Of a stretch of DNA of 64,000 nt, positions 39,549 through 48,891 are shown piece by piece. This DNA is from Acidobacteriota bacterium (lineage in GTDB: Bacteria; Acidobacteriota; Aminicenantia; UBA2199). Location: contig JAKLEC010000001.1 of the NCBI GenBank assembly GCA_022711715.1, positions 112,860-176,859 of the forward strand. The letters are read 5' to 3'. The number at the start of each line of letters is the position of its first letter. The first letter of the stretch is position 1. The translations under genes were made by a program, and so were the position numbers. The notes under the pieces were generated by a model. That model was not told the DNA's origin, searched no databases, and was given only the letters and a program-made list of their open reading frames with translations.

Positions 39549-41642
39549 ATGCATTCTCCAGCAACCCGACCGATGTTCCACCGCTCCCGACGGCGGGCGG
39601 CCCTGCTGCTGGGTCTTTTCCTGCTCCTGGGCGGGGCTTCCCGCGGCGATGCGCCCAAGCGCCCGCCCCTGGCCGAGAAATACCGCCAATGGCTCGAGCT
39701 GGTCGAATACATCATCACCCCCGACGAGCGCCGCATCTTCATCGACCTGGACAACGACCGCGACCGCGAGGCCTTCATCAACATCTTCTGGAACCAGCGC
39801 GACCCCAGCCGCGGCACGCCGGCCAACGAGTTCAAGGACGAGCACGTCCGCCGCTTCGAGTACGTCAACCGCTACTTCGGCTTCTCCTCGCCGCTGCCCG
39901 GCTGGAAGACCGACCGCGGCCGCATCTACATCCTGCTGGGGCCGCCGGTCAGCCGCGACGAGGTCTTCAGCAGCTACCTCTACCCCATCGAGATCTGGGA
40001 TTACTACGGCGAGCCGGGCAAGGGCATGCCGACGATGTTCAACGTCGTGTTCTACCGCAAGGGCAACGCCGGTGACTTCAAGTTGTACATCCCGGCCGTC
40101 GACGGCCCGGACCAGCTGCTGATCACCGGGGTGGGCGAGTTCCGCTCCACCGACTACCAGGCCATCGTCAAGAAGCTCAACGAGATCAAGCCCGAGGTCG
40201 CCGACATCGCCCTGTCGCTGATCCCCGGCGAAAAGACCACCAACTTCTCGCCCTCCATGCGCGACCTGACGCTGATGGCCAAGATCAGCGACCTGCCCAA
40301 GCAGAACATCAACACCACCTACGCCAACCAGTTCCAGCGCTTCAAGGCCTATGTCAACGTCGAGAACTCGGCCGACTACCTGGGCAGCCGCCGCGAGGTG
40401 CTCCTGCTGCGCGATCCCGTGTCGCGGCTGACTTTCCTGCACTTCGCCATCTGGCCCGAGCGCATATCGGTCGATTTCTCGCCGGACACCAAGCAATACG
40501 CCTGCTCCTACAAGATGGCGGTGGACCTGCGCCGGGGCGAGGCGATCGTCTTCCAGCAGACCAAGACCCTGCCCTTCGCCTACGACCAGGCCGGCATGGA
40601 GAAGACGCTGGCCGACGGCTTGGTGCTGGCCGACATGATCCCGGTGATCGCCGGCGATTTCGAGCTGACCGTGCTGGTGCAGAACTCGGTCAACAACGAA
40701 TTCGCCACCTTCAGCGAGCGGGTGCGCGTGCCCGGCGATGGCCAGGCGGCGGTCTTCGGCCCGCTCGTCTCCTACCGCGTGCAGGCCGGCGCCCGCGCCG
40801 TCTTCTCCGCCTTCGCCACCCGCAACCTGCAGGCCAGCCCCGATCCCCAGCGCACCTTCGGCGAGAAGGAGCCGCTGCAGGCGCTGCTGGGCGCCGACTT
40901 CGGCGCCGCTCCCGGCGGCGCCCCGCCGGAAGTCGAGCTGACCAGCGTTCCGGCCGCCGGCGCCGCTCCCGTTTCCCGGCGGCTGCAGCCGCGTTCGAGC
41001 GGCGGCGACCGGGTGCAGACCTACCATGTCGAGCTGGGGGCGCTGCCCCCCGGCTACTACCGCCTGCGCGCCGTCCTGCGCGACGCCCGAGGCGGCGAGA
41101 TCGCCGGCGACGAGACGAACTTCACCGTCTCGCGGCTGCCGGCGGTGTCCCACCCGGCCGTGGCGGCGCCGAGCGTTCCCGCCGCCCGCGAGTACGCCTT
41201 CCGCGCCATGCTGGCCGCCCAGTACGAGGCCAGCGGCCGCCCCGACGACGCCGAGCGCGAGTACGACGAGGCGCTGCGCCAGGGCGGCGACAACCTGCCG
41301 CTGCGAGTCGCCTTCGCCCGCTTCCTGCTCGCCCAGGCCAAGCCCGAGCGGGCGCTGGAGGTGTCCGCCCCACTGCCGGAGCAGGGCGCGCATGCCTTCG
41401 ACCGCTTCGCCCTGCGCGGCAAGGCCCTGTACCGCCTCGGCCGCTGGCAGGAGGCCGTCGACGAGCTGCTGCGCGCCAACGCCCTCTACGACAGCGACAT
41501 CTCGGTGCTCAACGGCCTCGGCCTCTCGCTGCTGCGCCTGGGCAACCCCCAGGAAGCGCGCAAGGCGCTGGCGGCGTCGCTGAAGATCAAGGCGGAGCAG
41601 CCCGACATCGCCGCCGTGCTGCGGCAGACGGAGGCCCCATGA
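39549..41642 (+). CDS. GWxTD domain protein with C-terminal TPR region
   Basis: FINIFWNQRDP...PLPGWKTDRGRIYILLGPP matches the GWxTD family signature. TPR-like C-terminus. Start ATG 39549 follows a TGgTATAAT promoter. Confidence 0.85.
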   Translation: MHSPATRPMFHRSRRRAALLLGLFLLLGGASRGDAPKRPPLAEKYRQWLELVEYIITPDERRIFIDLDNDRDREAFINIFWNQRDPSRGTPANEFKDEHVRRFEYVNRYFGFSSPLPGWKTDRGRIYILLGPPVSRDEVFSSYLYPIEIWDYYGEPGKGMPTMFNVVFYRKGNAGDFKLYIPAVDGPDQLLITGVGEFRSTDYQAIVKKLNEIKPEVADIALSLIPGEKTTNFSPSMRDLTLMAKISDLPKQNINTTYANQFQRFKAYVNVENSADYLGSRREVLLLRDPVSRLTFLHFAIWPERISVDFSPDTKQYACSYKMAVDLRRGEAIVFQQTKTLPFAYDQAGMEKTLADGLVLADMIPVIAGDFELTVLVQNSVNNEFATFSERVRVPGDGQAAVFGPLVSYRVQAGARAVFSAFATRNLQASPDPQRTFGEKEPLQALLGADFGAAPGGAPPEVELTSVPAAGAAPVSRRLQPRSSGGDRVQTYHVELGALPPGYYRLRAVLRDARGGEIAGDETNFTVSRLPAVSHPAVAAPSVPAAREYAFRAMLAAQYEASGRPDDAEREYDEALRQGGDNLPLRVAFARFLLAQAKPERALEVSAPLPEQGAHAFDRFALRGKALYRLGRWQEAVDELLRANALYDSDISVLNGLGLSLLRLGNPQEARKALAASLKIKAEQPDIAAVLRQTEAP

Positions 41643-42577
41643 AACGACTGGCTCCCCTGGCCTGCGCCGCCCTACTCCTCGGCCTGGCGCTGCTGCGGCC
41701 CGTCGCCGCGGCGCCCAAGCTCGACGCCGACAGCGAGGAATTTTACCGCATGGCGCGCTATTTCATGACCCGCGACGAGGAGAAGCGCTTCCGCAACCTG
41801 GCCACCCCCGAACTGCGCCGGGAGTTCATCGACGCCTTCTGGGAGATCCGCGACCCCGATCCCCTCACGACGGAGAACGAGTTCCGCGACGAGTTGGAGG
41901 AGCGTTTCGAATTCGTCGGCCGCTACCTGCGCGAGGGCAACCGCCCGGGCTGGGACACGGCCCGGGGCATGATCTACCTGGTGCTGGGGCCGCCCGACAC
42001 CATGACCGCCGGCTCGACGCCCTACCCCAGCGCCTCCCCCTACAACCGCGACTCGGCGTCCGACACCACCTCCGGCGTCATTGTCTGGCCCTATCCCCTG
42101 CTCAGCGTCAACGTCGTCTTTGTCGACCGCCAGGGCTTCGGCATCTACGAGCTGGACATGCTTCGCACCTCGCCGCGGCTGCTGGCGCTGCTGAAGGCGG
42201 GCAAGACCCGCTTCATCCGCGACGGCGCCAAGTCCGCCGATGAGCCGTTCCTGCCGTTCAAGGCCGACGTCGACGCCGCCCGCGGCGTCGTGCGCGTCGT
42301 CCTCGCCGCCAGGGAGCTGCGCTACGAGATCGATCCCGACGGCTCCTATTACGCCCGCGTGCAGATGGCGGCCAACGTCTACCACAGCGACGGCCGCATC
42401 GTGAGCCGCAAGGAGGAGCAGCGGGTCGCGCTCGGCGTTCCGGGGCAGGAGAAGGAGAAGCTGGAGTTGGAGTGGGCGATCCCGCTGGCGCCGGGACGCA
42501 ACCAGGTCGACCTGCTGGTCTCGGACCAGGTCAGCGGCCGCTCGAACCGCCTGTTCCTGGCAGTGAAAAAAAAGTGA
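41639..42577 (+). CDS. GWxTD domain protein (GWDTA variant)
   Basis: FIDAFWEIRDPDP...RPGWDTARGMIYLVLGPPD. 4-nt overlap with the upstream gene. Confidence 0.85.
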   Translation: MKRLAPLACAALLLGLALLRPVAAAPKLDADSEEFYRMARYFMTRDEEKRFRNLATPELRREFIDAFWEIRDPDPLTTENEFRDELEERFEFVGRYLREGNRPGWDTARGMIYLVLGPPDTMTAGSTPYPSASPYNRDSASDTTSGVIVWPYPLLSVNVVFVDRQGFGIYELDMLRTSPRLLALLKAGKTRFIRDGAKSADEPFLPFKADVDAARGVVRVVLAARELRYEIDPDGSYYARVQMAANVYHSDGRIVSRKEEQRVALGVPGQEKEKLELEWAIPLAPGRNQVDLLVSDQVSGRSNRLFLAVKKK

Positions 42578-42611
42578 AGCGAACCGTCGAACCAAGATAA
42601 GGAGGATATGC

Positions 42612-43568
42612 ATGCGCAACACCATCCGTCACTTCCTGGCCGGCGCCCTGCTGCTGGCCGTCGCCGTCGCGCTCCCCGCCCAGGAGGGCCGCGGCAACGG
42701 CCGCCTCACCGGCACCGTGGTCGATGAGAACGGCGCCCCGCTGGAGAACGCGACCATCACCCTGAAGTACATGGAGTTCAACAATACCCGCGAGACGAGG
42801 TCCAACAACAAGGGACAGTGGGGCTTCCTCGGCCTGGGCAAGGGCACGGTGCAGGTCACCGGCGCCCTGGAGGGCTACGCCTCCACGACCACCCAGCAGC
42901 CGGTCAGCGGCGCCAAGCCCAATCCGGAGATCCACCTGGTGCTCAAGAAGGGCGGCACCGGCATCGCCGGCGACCCCAACCGCGACGCCATCCTGCGCGC
43001 CCACGACCTGTTCGACAAGCGCCAGTACGCCGAGGCGCTGGCCCTGTACCAGGAGTTCGCCCAGAAGAACCCGGCCAACTACCAGATCGGCGTCTACATC
43101 GGCAACTGCATGACCGAAATGGGCGACTACGAGGAGGCCCTGGCCGAATACCAGAAGGTGCTGGCCGAGGTCACCAAGGAGAACCCCGAGCTGAAGGGCA
43201 ATACCACCGCCTCGCTGGTCTTCGCCGGCATCGGCGACGTCTACCTGCGCCAGGAGAAGTGGAAGCCGGCGGTGGAGAACTTCCAGCGCTCGATCGACAT
43301 CCAGCCCAGCGACCCGGCCCTGCCCTTCAACGTGGCCGAGATCATGTTCGCCCGCAACAAGCCCGAGGAGGCCGAGAAATACTACCTGATGGCCGTCCAG
43401 ATCAAGCCCGAGTGGCCCAAACCCTACCTGAAGCTGGCCTACGTGGCCATGAACCGCGGCCAGATGGACAAGGCGGTCGAGCACCTGAAGAAGTACATCG
43501 AGATCGGCAAGGACGACCCCGGCTTCGCCGAGGGCCAGGCGCTGCTCGAGCTGCTGCAGAAGAAATAG
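42612..43568 (+). CDS. CarboxypepD_reg-like domain + TPR protein, secreted
   Basis: AAGGAGGA SD. Signal peptide. GRLTGTVVDENGAPLENATITL beta-sandwich motif followed by TPR repeats. Confidence 0.8.
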   Translation: MRNTIRHFLAGALLLAVAVALPAQEGRGNGRLTGTVVDENGAPLENATITLKYMEFNNTRETRSNNKGQWGFLGLGKGTVQVTGALEGYASTTTQQPVSGAKPNPEIHLVLKKGGTGIAGDPNRDAILRAHDLFDKRQYAEALALYQEFAQKNPANYQIGVYIGNCMTEMGDYEEALAEYQKVLAEVTKENPELKGNTTASLVFAGIGDVYLRQEKWKPAVENFQRSIDIQPSDPALPFNVAEIMFARNKPEEAEKYYLMAVQIKPEWPKPYLKLAYVAMNRGQMDKAVEHLKKYIEIGKDDPGFAEGQALLELLQKK

Positions 43569-43572
43569 CCCC

Positions 43573-46062
43573 GTGCCCACGTTCGCGAGGCGGTGGCGCG
43601 GCGCCGCCGCCGCGGCGCTGCTGCTGGCCCTGGCGTTCGCTGTCGGCGCCTGCCGCCGCCAGCAGCCGGGGCCGGGCGGCTCCGCCGGCGGCCGCTTCAA
43701 CCTGCTGCTCATCACTTTGGACACCACCCGGGCCGACCGCCTGGGCTGCTACGGCGACGCCCGCGCCGCGACGCCCGTGCTGGACCGCCTGGCCCGCGAG
43801 GGCGTGCGCTTCGAGCGCGCCTATACCACCGCGCCGCTCACCCTGCCGGCCCACGTCAGCCTGATGACCGGCCGCGGGCCCCAGGCCCACCAGGTGCGCA
43901 ACAACGGCACCTATGCGCTGCGCCCCGAGGAGGCCACCCTGGCCGAGGAGCTGAAGCGCGCCGGCTTTTCCACCGCGGCCATGATCGCCGCCTTCGTGCT
44001 GGAAGCCAAGTTCGGACTGGCCCAGGGGTTCGACCGCTACGACGACGCGCTGGACAAGCCGCAGGGCTACACCAACTTCCGCTCCGAGATCACCGCCGAC
44101 CGGGTGCACGACAAGTTCCGCCGCTGGCTGGACGGCGCCCCCGGGGCGCCCTTCTTCTGCTGGGTGCACCTCTACGATCCCCACGCCCCCTACGCGCCGC
44201 CCGCCCCCTACCGCGAGCGCTTCGCCGGCGACCCCTACCGCGGCGAGATCGCCTTCATGGACGAGACCATCGGCCGCATGCTGGCCGACCTGGAGGAGCG
44301 CGGCCTGCTGGAGAACACCCTGGTGGTGGCCGTGGGCGACCACGGCGAGGGCTTCGACGAGCACGGCGAGAGCGGGCACGGCGTCTTCTGCTACGAGGAG
44401 TCGCTGCGCGTGCCGCTCATCTTCCGCCTGCCGCGCCTTTTCGCCGGCGGCCGGGCGGTGAAGCGGCCGGTGGGACTGGTCGACGTGCTGCCCACCGTGC
44501 TCGATCTCTGCCGGCTGCCGCGCCCCGCCGGCATGCAGGGGCGCAGCCTGGGGACGCTGCTCCGCTCCGCCGGGGAGGACGGCGGCGAGGCCCCCCTCTA
44601 CTTCGAGAGCCTGTACGGCATGGAGGAGATGGGCTGGGCGCCCCTGTCGGGACTGCTGAGCGGCTCCTGGAAGTACATCTCCCTGCCCAAGCCGGAGCTG
44701 TACGACCTCGCCGCCGATCCGCTGGAAAAGAGCAACCTGTACCTGCAGAAAAACGCGCAGGCCAAGCGCCTGGCGCGCGAGCTGGACGACCTGCTGAGCC
44801 GCACGGTGCCCGCTGGCGCCTCGGCGCTGCGGCCGCAGCAGACGCGCGCCAACCAGGCGCGCCTGCGCGCCCTCGGCTACCTGGCCGCGGCCGGGAACCA
44901 GGCCTGGCAGGGCTCGGGCGACGACCCCAAGGACGGCATCGGGCCATTGAACTTACTGATGAAGGCCCGCGAGGAGGTACGCCAGGGGCGCCTCGACTCC
45001 GCCGCCCGACAGTTCGCCGCCCTGCGCGCCAGCGGCATCGACCGCACGCTCCCCCAGTTCTACGACATGTACTACGAGCTGGCGCTGGCGCGCAAGGACC
45101 CGGCCCGGGTACGTGCCGCCCTGCGCGAGGCCAGCGAGCGCTTTCCCAGCCTGACGCGCTTCGACATGGTGCTGGCGGGCTACCTGCGCGAGCGCGGCGA
45201 CAAGCACGGCGCCGAGGCGGCGGCGCTGCGCGCCCTGGCCAAGGACCCGAAGACCGTCGAAGCCCACCTGCTGCTGGGCGAGCTCTACCGCAACCAGAAG
45301 CAGCTGGAGAAGGCCATCACCCATTTTCGCCAGGCCTGGGACCTGGAGCCCGACGGCGCCAAGCTGGGCCTCGCCCTAGCCGACCTCAGCCTGGAGGCGG
45401 GGCGCGCGCCGGAGGCGCTGGAGGCGTTGCGCCGCCTCCTGCGCCAGGCCGGCGACCGTCCCGACGCGCTGGAAGCCGACGTCCGCGCCCAGGCGGCCAA
45501 GCTGCTGCTCAAGCTCGGGCAGCCGGAGCTCGCGGAAGGCCTGCTGCGCGGCCTGGTCGGCGAGCAGGCCGGCAACCCGGCGCACTGGACGCAGCTGGGC
45601 CTGGCCCAGCTCGACCGCGGCCAGGGGGACGAGGCGCTGGCCTCCTTCACCCGCGCCCTCGAGCTCGATCCCCGGCAGGCGCTGGCCCTGAGCGGCATGG
45701 GCACCCTGCACCTGACCCTGTTCCGCCAGCGCAAGGACCGGCCGAGCCTGCAGCGCGCCGAGGAGTACTTCTCGCGGGCGGTGGCCGTGGACGCCAAGCT
45801 GGTCACGGCGCTGAACGGCCTGGGCGTGACCTATCTCTACCTCGGGGACGCGGCACAGGCCATCGAGCGGCTGCGCACCGCCGTCGCCGCCGACCCGGGC
45901 TTCGTCAACGCCTATTTCAACCTGGCCATCGCCCAGCTCAGCGCCGGCCGCAAGGGCGCGGCGAAGAACACGCTGGGCATGCTGCGCCAGCGCCACGGCG
46001 GGCGCCTCAGCGCCGGGGAGCGATCGCAGTACGAGGCGCTCTGGCGCGAAGCCACGTCCTAG
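43573..46062 (+). CDS. Sulfatase-like (alkaline phosphatase superfamily, Thr-type) hydrolase fused to TPR domain
   Basis: LLITLDTTRAD...APLTLPAHVSLMTG...VGDHGEGF, followed by about 350 aa of TPR. GTG start with a possible lipobox (AVGAC). Confidence 0.85.
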   Translation: MPTFARRWRGAAAAALLLALAFAVGACRRQQPGPGGSAGGRFNLLLITLDTTRADRLGCYGDARAATPVLDRLAREGVRFERAYTTAPLTLPAHVSLMTGRGPQAHQVRNNGTYALRPEEATLAEELKRAGFSTAAMIAAFVLEAKFGLAQGFDRYDDALDKPQGYTNFRSEITADRVHDKFRRWLDGAPGAPFFCWVHLYDPHAPYAPPAPYRERFAGDPYRGEIAFMDETIGRMLADLEERGLLENTLVVAVGDHGEGFDEHGESGHGVFCYEESLRVPLIFRLPRLFAGGRAVKRPVGLVDVLPTVLDLCRLPRPAGMQGRSLGTLLRSAGEDGGEAPLYFESLYGMEEMGWAPLSGLLSGSWKYISLPKPELYDLAADPLEKSNLYLQKNAQAKRLARELDDLLSRTVPAGASALRPQQTRANQARLRALGYLAAAGNQAWQGSGDDPKDGIGPLNLLMKAREEVRQGRLDSAARQFAALRASGIDRTLPQFYDMYYELALARKDPARVRAALREASERFPSLTRFDMVLAGYLRERGDKHGAEAAALRALAKDPKTVEAHLLLGELYRNQKQLEKAITHFRQAWDLEPDGAKLGLALADLSLEAGRAPEALEALRRLLRQAGDRPDALEADVRAQAAKLLLKLGQPELAEGLLRGLVGEQAGNPAHWTQLGLAQLDRGQGDEALASFTRALELDPRQALALSGMGTLHLTLFRQRKDRPSLQRAEEYFSRAVAVDAKLVTALNGLGVTYLYLGDAAQAIERLRTAVAADPGFVNAYFNLAIAQLSAGRKGAAKNTLGMLRQRHGGRLSAGERSQYEALWREATS

Positions 46063-46066
46063 CAAA

Positions 46067-46294
46067 GATATCGTGACGCGTAACGCGTGACAAGTAACCG
46101 CGTCAGGACGAGCGCTCGTGATTCGTCATTCGTAATTCGTGATTCGCAACAGCAATGGAACGGTTCATGCTATTCGAACACTCTCTCGTCATTGATTCGC
46201 TTCAGGGCTTTCCTAACACGAACACAAACACGAACACATAGTTAGATCGTTCGTTCTTTTTGGCTTTCCTACCACTATCACTACCACTACCACT
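46067..46294. repeat. Composite mosaic: GCGTRAC array - linker - CGTRATT array - CAACAGCAATGG core - CACGAA/CACAAA array - TAYCAC array
   Basis: Colinear with 3016-3153. The final taccac array continues into the conserved 3' flank of the sulfatase-like gene. Confidence 0.85.
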
Positions 46295-46310
46295 CAGAGC
46301 TCGGTACGTT

Positions 46311-48632
46311 CTACTTCTTCTCGAGCTCGGCAATGAGCCTTTCCCCCTCGCGCGTGTAGAAGTCCCGGCGCTCGGGGTTGCCCAGCGCGTTGAACAAATT
46401 GGTCAGCACGAAATAGCCGAACAGCGTGTCGCGGTCCCGCGGCGGCACGGCGATCCCCTTTAGGCAGAGGTCGACGGCTTCGTTGAGGTCGCCTCCCCGG
46501 CGCAGCAGGATCTCGGCCAGGTGGAAGCGCGGCAGCTTCAGCCCGGGGTTGGCGGCGATGGCCTGGCGGTAATAGCCCTCGGCCTCGCCGGCCCGTCCGG
46601 CCTGCTTGAGCAGGTTGCCCAGGTTGGCTGCCGCCTGGAAGTTCTGGCCGTTGACTTCCAGCTCGCCGCGATAGAACTCGATGGCCGCCTCAGGCTTCTG
46701 CAGCGCCTCCTGCACCTGCGCCAGCAGGAAGCGGGTGTTGCGCGCCCGCGGGTTCTCCCTGAGGCCGCGGCGCAGCAGCTCCTCGGCGGCGGCGTAGTCC
46801 CCCTTCAGGATCAGCGCCTCGCCGGCCTGGTTGTAGGCCTGGGGAGCGGCCGGGTCGATGGCGATCGCCCGCCGCAGCAGCGGCAGGGCCTCGTCGGGAC
46901 GGCGCTGCAGCATGCGGATGTGGCCCAGCTCCTCCAGCAGCGCCGGGTCGTCGGGGAAGACCTTCAGGAAAGCCAGGTTCTCCTCGGCGGCGGCGTCGAG
47001 CTCGCCCGACGTGGCCAGGGTCTTGACGACGTTGATCATCAGGAAATTGTTGTCGGGCTTGAGGGCCAGGGCGCGGCGGAAGGCCTCGAGCGCCTCCTGG
47101 CGCCGCTTGCGCTTCAGGTTGACGTTGCCCAGCAGGCTCCAGGCGTCGGCCAGCTCGGGCTCCTCGCGCGCCAGCTTCTCCAGCAGGACGGCGGCGTCCT
47201 CGAAGCGCTTCTGCTCCATCAGCGCGGATGCCCGCGAGATGGAGTTGCCGACGCCGATCTTGTCCTTGGGATCGGCCAGCGGCCTGGACTCGTCGACGCG
47301 CACCTCGCCCGACAGGTAGCCCAGGGCGGCCAGCCGCCGCTGGTCCTCGGGGCTCAGGCGGCTGCCGGCGGCGCTGCGCAGCGCGTTGCGCGAGCGGCGG
47401 CTGACGAAGTCCAGCAGGCGGCCGCGCAGCTCGCGGCGGCGCGGATCGCCAACCAGGTCGCGGCTCTCGCCGGGATCGCGCCCCAGGTCGTACAGCTCGT
47501 CGCGCGGCGCCAGGATGTACTTGAGCGCGCCGCGGTGGAAGGACTGCAGGGGCGACCAGCCGAAGTGGAAGCGGGGGTAGAAGGTCTCGCTGTAGGCCTC
47601 GCCCTCTCCGCCGGCATCGCGCCCGTCCAGCTGGGGCCAGAGCGACCGGCCCTGCCACTCCCGGGGCGCGGGAACGGCCAGCATCTCGAGGATGGTCGGT
47701 GCCACGTCGACCAGCTCCACGGTCCTGGGCACCGTGCGGGCGGCGAACGGCCGCGGGGCGCGGACGATCAGCGGCACGCGGACCGTCGTCTCGTACAGGA
47801 ACATGCCGTGGCCGTCCTCGCCGTGGTCGCCGAGCCCCTCGCCGTGGTCGGCGGCCACCACGATGAGCGTGCGCTCATACAGCCCCTTCTCCTTGAGAAA
47901 GGCGATGAACTTGCCCAGCTCGGCGTCGGTGTACTCCACTTCTCCGCGGTAGGCGGCGCGCGGTGTGCCGCGCGGGTAGGGCGGCGGCGGGTCGTAGGGT
48001 GAGTGCGGGTCGTACAGGTGGATCCAGGCGAAGAAGCGGCGGCCGCCGATCCTCTCCAGCCACTGGCGGGCCTCGCCCAGCACCTCGTCGGCGCGCTTCT
48101 CGTTCTCCAGCAGGATGCGGCCGTAGCGCGCCGGGTCGAAGCGGTCGGAGTAGAGGTCCCAGCCCTGGGCCAGTCCCCACTTGTTGTGCAGCACGAACGC
48201 GCCGATGAAGGCGGCGGTGGCCATCCCGCGCCCCTGCAGCACCTCGCTGAGCAGGGTCAGCGCGGCCGGCGCCTGGAAGCCGCCGTTGTCGCGGACCTGG
48301 TTGAAGGGCGGGTAGGTGCTGGAGAGGAGCGAGGTGTGCGAGGGCAGGGTGAGCGGCACCTGGGCGACGCAGCGGTCGAAGCGCGCCCCTTCCCCGGCCA
48401 GGGCGTCCAGCGCCGGCGTGCGCGCCAGCCCGGCGCCGTAAGCACCGACATGGTCGGCGCGCAGGGTGTCGATGGTGACCAGGATGACGCTGAGGTCGCC
48501 TGAGGGGAGCTGGCGGCCGGGAGCGGACAGGAAGCGGAAGGCCAGCCAGGCGGCCGCTGCCAGCAGCGCCACGGCCCCGGCAACGGCCCACCAGCGCGGA
48601 CGGAAAGGACGAGCGGCGGCGGGGACGGTCAT
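46311..48632 (-). CDS. Sulfatase-like (Thr-type) hydrolase fused to TPR domain, paralog
   Basis: VTIDTLRADH...VPLTLPSHTSLLS...AADHGEGLGDHGE plus TPR. 773 aa, colinear with 48892-51213. Confidence 0.88.
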   Translation of the reverse strand: MTVPAAARPFRPRWWAVAGAVALLAAAAWLAFRFLSAPGRQLPSGDLSVILVTIDTLRADHVGAYGAGLARTPALDALAGEGARFDRCVAQVPLTLPSHTSLLSSTYPPFNQVRDNGGFQAPAALTLLSEVLQGRGMATAAFIGAFVLHNKWGLAQGWDLYSDRFDPARYGRILLENEKRADEVLGEARQWLERIGGRRFFAWIHLYDPHSPYDPPPPYPRGTPRAAYRGEVEYTDAELGKFIAFLKEKGLYERTLIVVAADHGEGLGDHGEDGHGMFLYETTVRVPLIVRAPRPFAARTVPRTVELVDVAPTILEMLAVPAPREWQGRSLWPQLDGRDAGGEGEAYSETFYPRFHFGWSPLQSFHRGALKYILAPRDELYDLGRDPGESRDLVGDPRRRELRGRLLDFVSRRSRNALRSAAGSRLSPEDQRRLAALGYLSGEVRVDESRPLADPKDKIGVGNSISRASALMEQKRFEDAAVLLEKLAREEPELADAWSLLGNVNLKRKRRQEALEAFRRALALKPDNNFLMINVVKTLATSGELDAAAEENLAFLKVFPDDPALLEELGHIRMLQRRPDEALPLLRRAIAIDPAAPQAYNQAGEALILKGDYAAAEELLRRGLRENPRARNTRFLLAQVQEALQKPEAAIEFYRGELEVNGQNFQAAANLGNLLKQAGRAGEAEGYYRQAIAANPGLKLPRFHLAEILLRRGGDLNEAVDLCLKGIAVPPRDRDTLFGYFVLTNLFNALGNPERRDFYTREGERLIAELEKK

Positions 48633-48638
48633 CGGCTA

Positions 48639-48667
48639 ATCCTACCACAGGCGAAGCCACCTGGCAA
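48639..48667 (-). promoter_or_regulatory. Sigma70-type promoter TTGCCA-17-TAGGAT, leaderless configuration, for the sulfatase-like gene
   Basis: Minus strand reads TTGCCAggtggcttcgcctgtggTAGGATtagccgATG. A homologous segment precedes GTG 51213. Confidence 0.4.
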
Positions 48668-48689
48668 CGAGATACCAGCTAAGCAATCA

Positions 48690-48875
48690 GTGATAGTGGT
48701 AGTGGTAGTGATTGCAACCGCATTGAAGATCGATCTCATGAGGCTTTCTACGATGATCAACAGCGAAATACTTTGCTTTCAAGCCTCAATTTATCTTTAA
48801 ATGCACCATCCTCTGACCGGCAGCAGCAGGAGATCGCCATGTGCTGCTACTACCACGATCACTACCACTACCACT
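48690..48875. repeat. GTGRTA / TAYCAC inverted arrays enclosing a 132-nt insert
   Basis: Left arm gtgatagtggtagtggtagtgattg (48690-48714). Right arm ctactaccacgatcactaccactaccact (48847-48875). Confidence 0.88.
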
Positions 48876-48891
48876 TGGAGCTCGGCAATTT

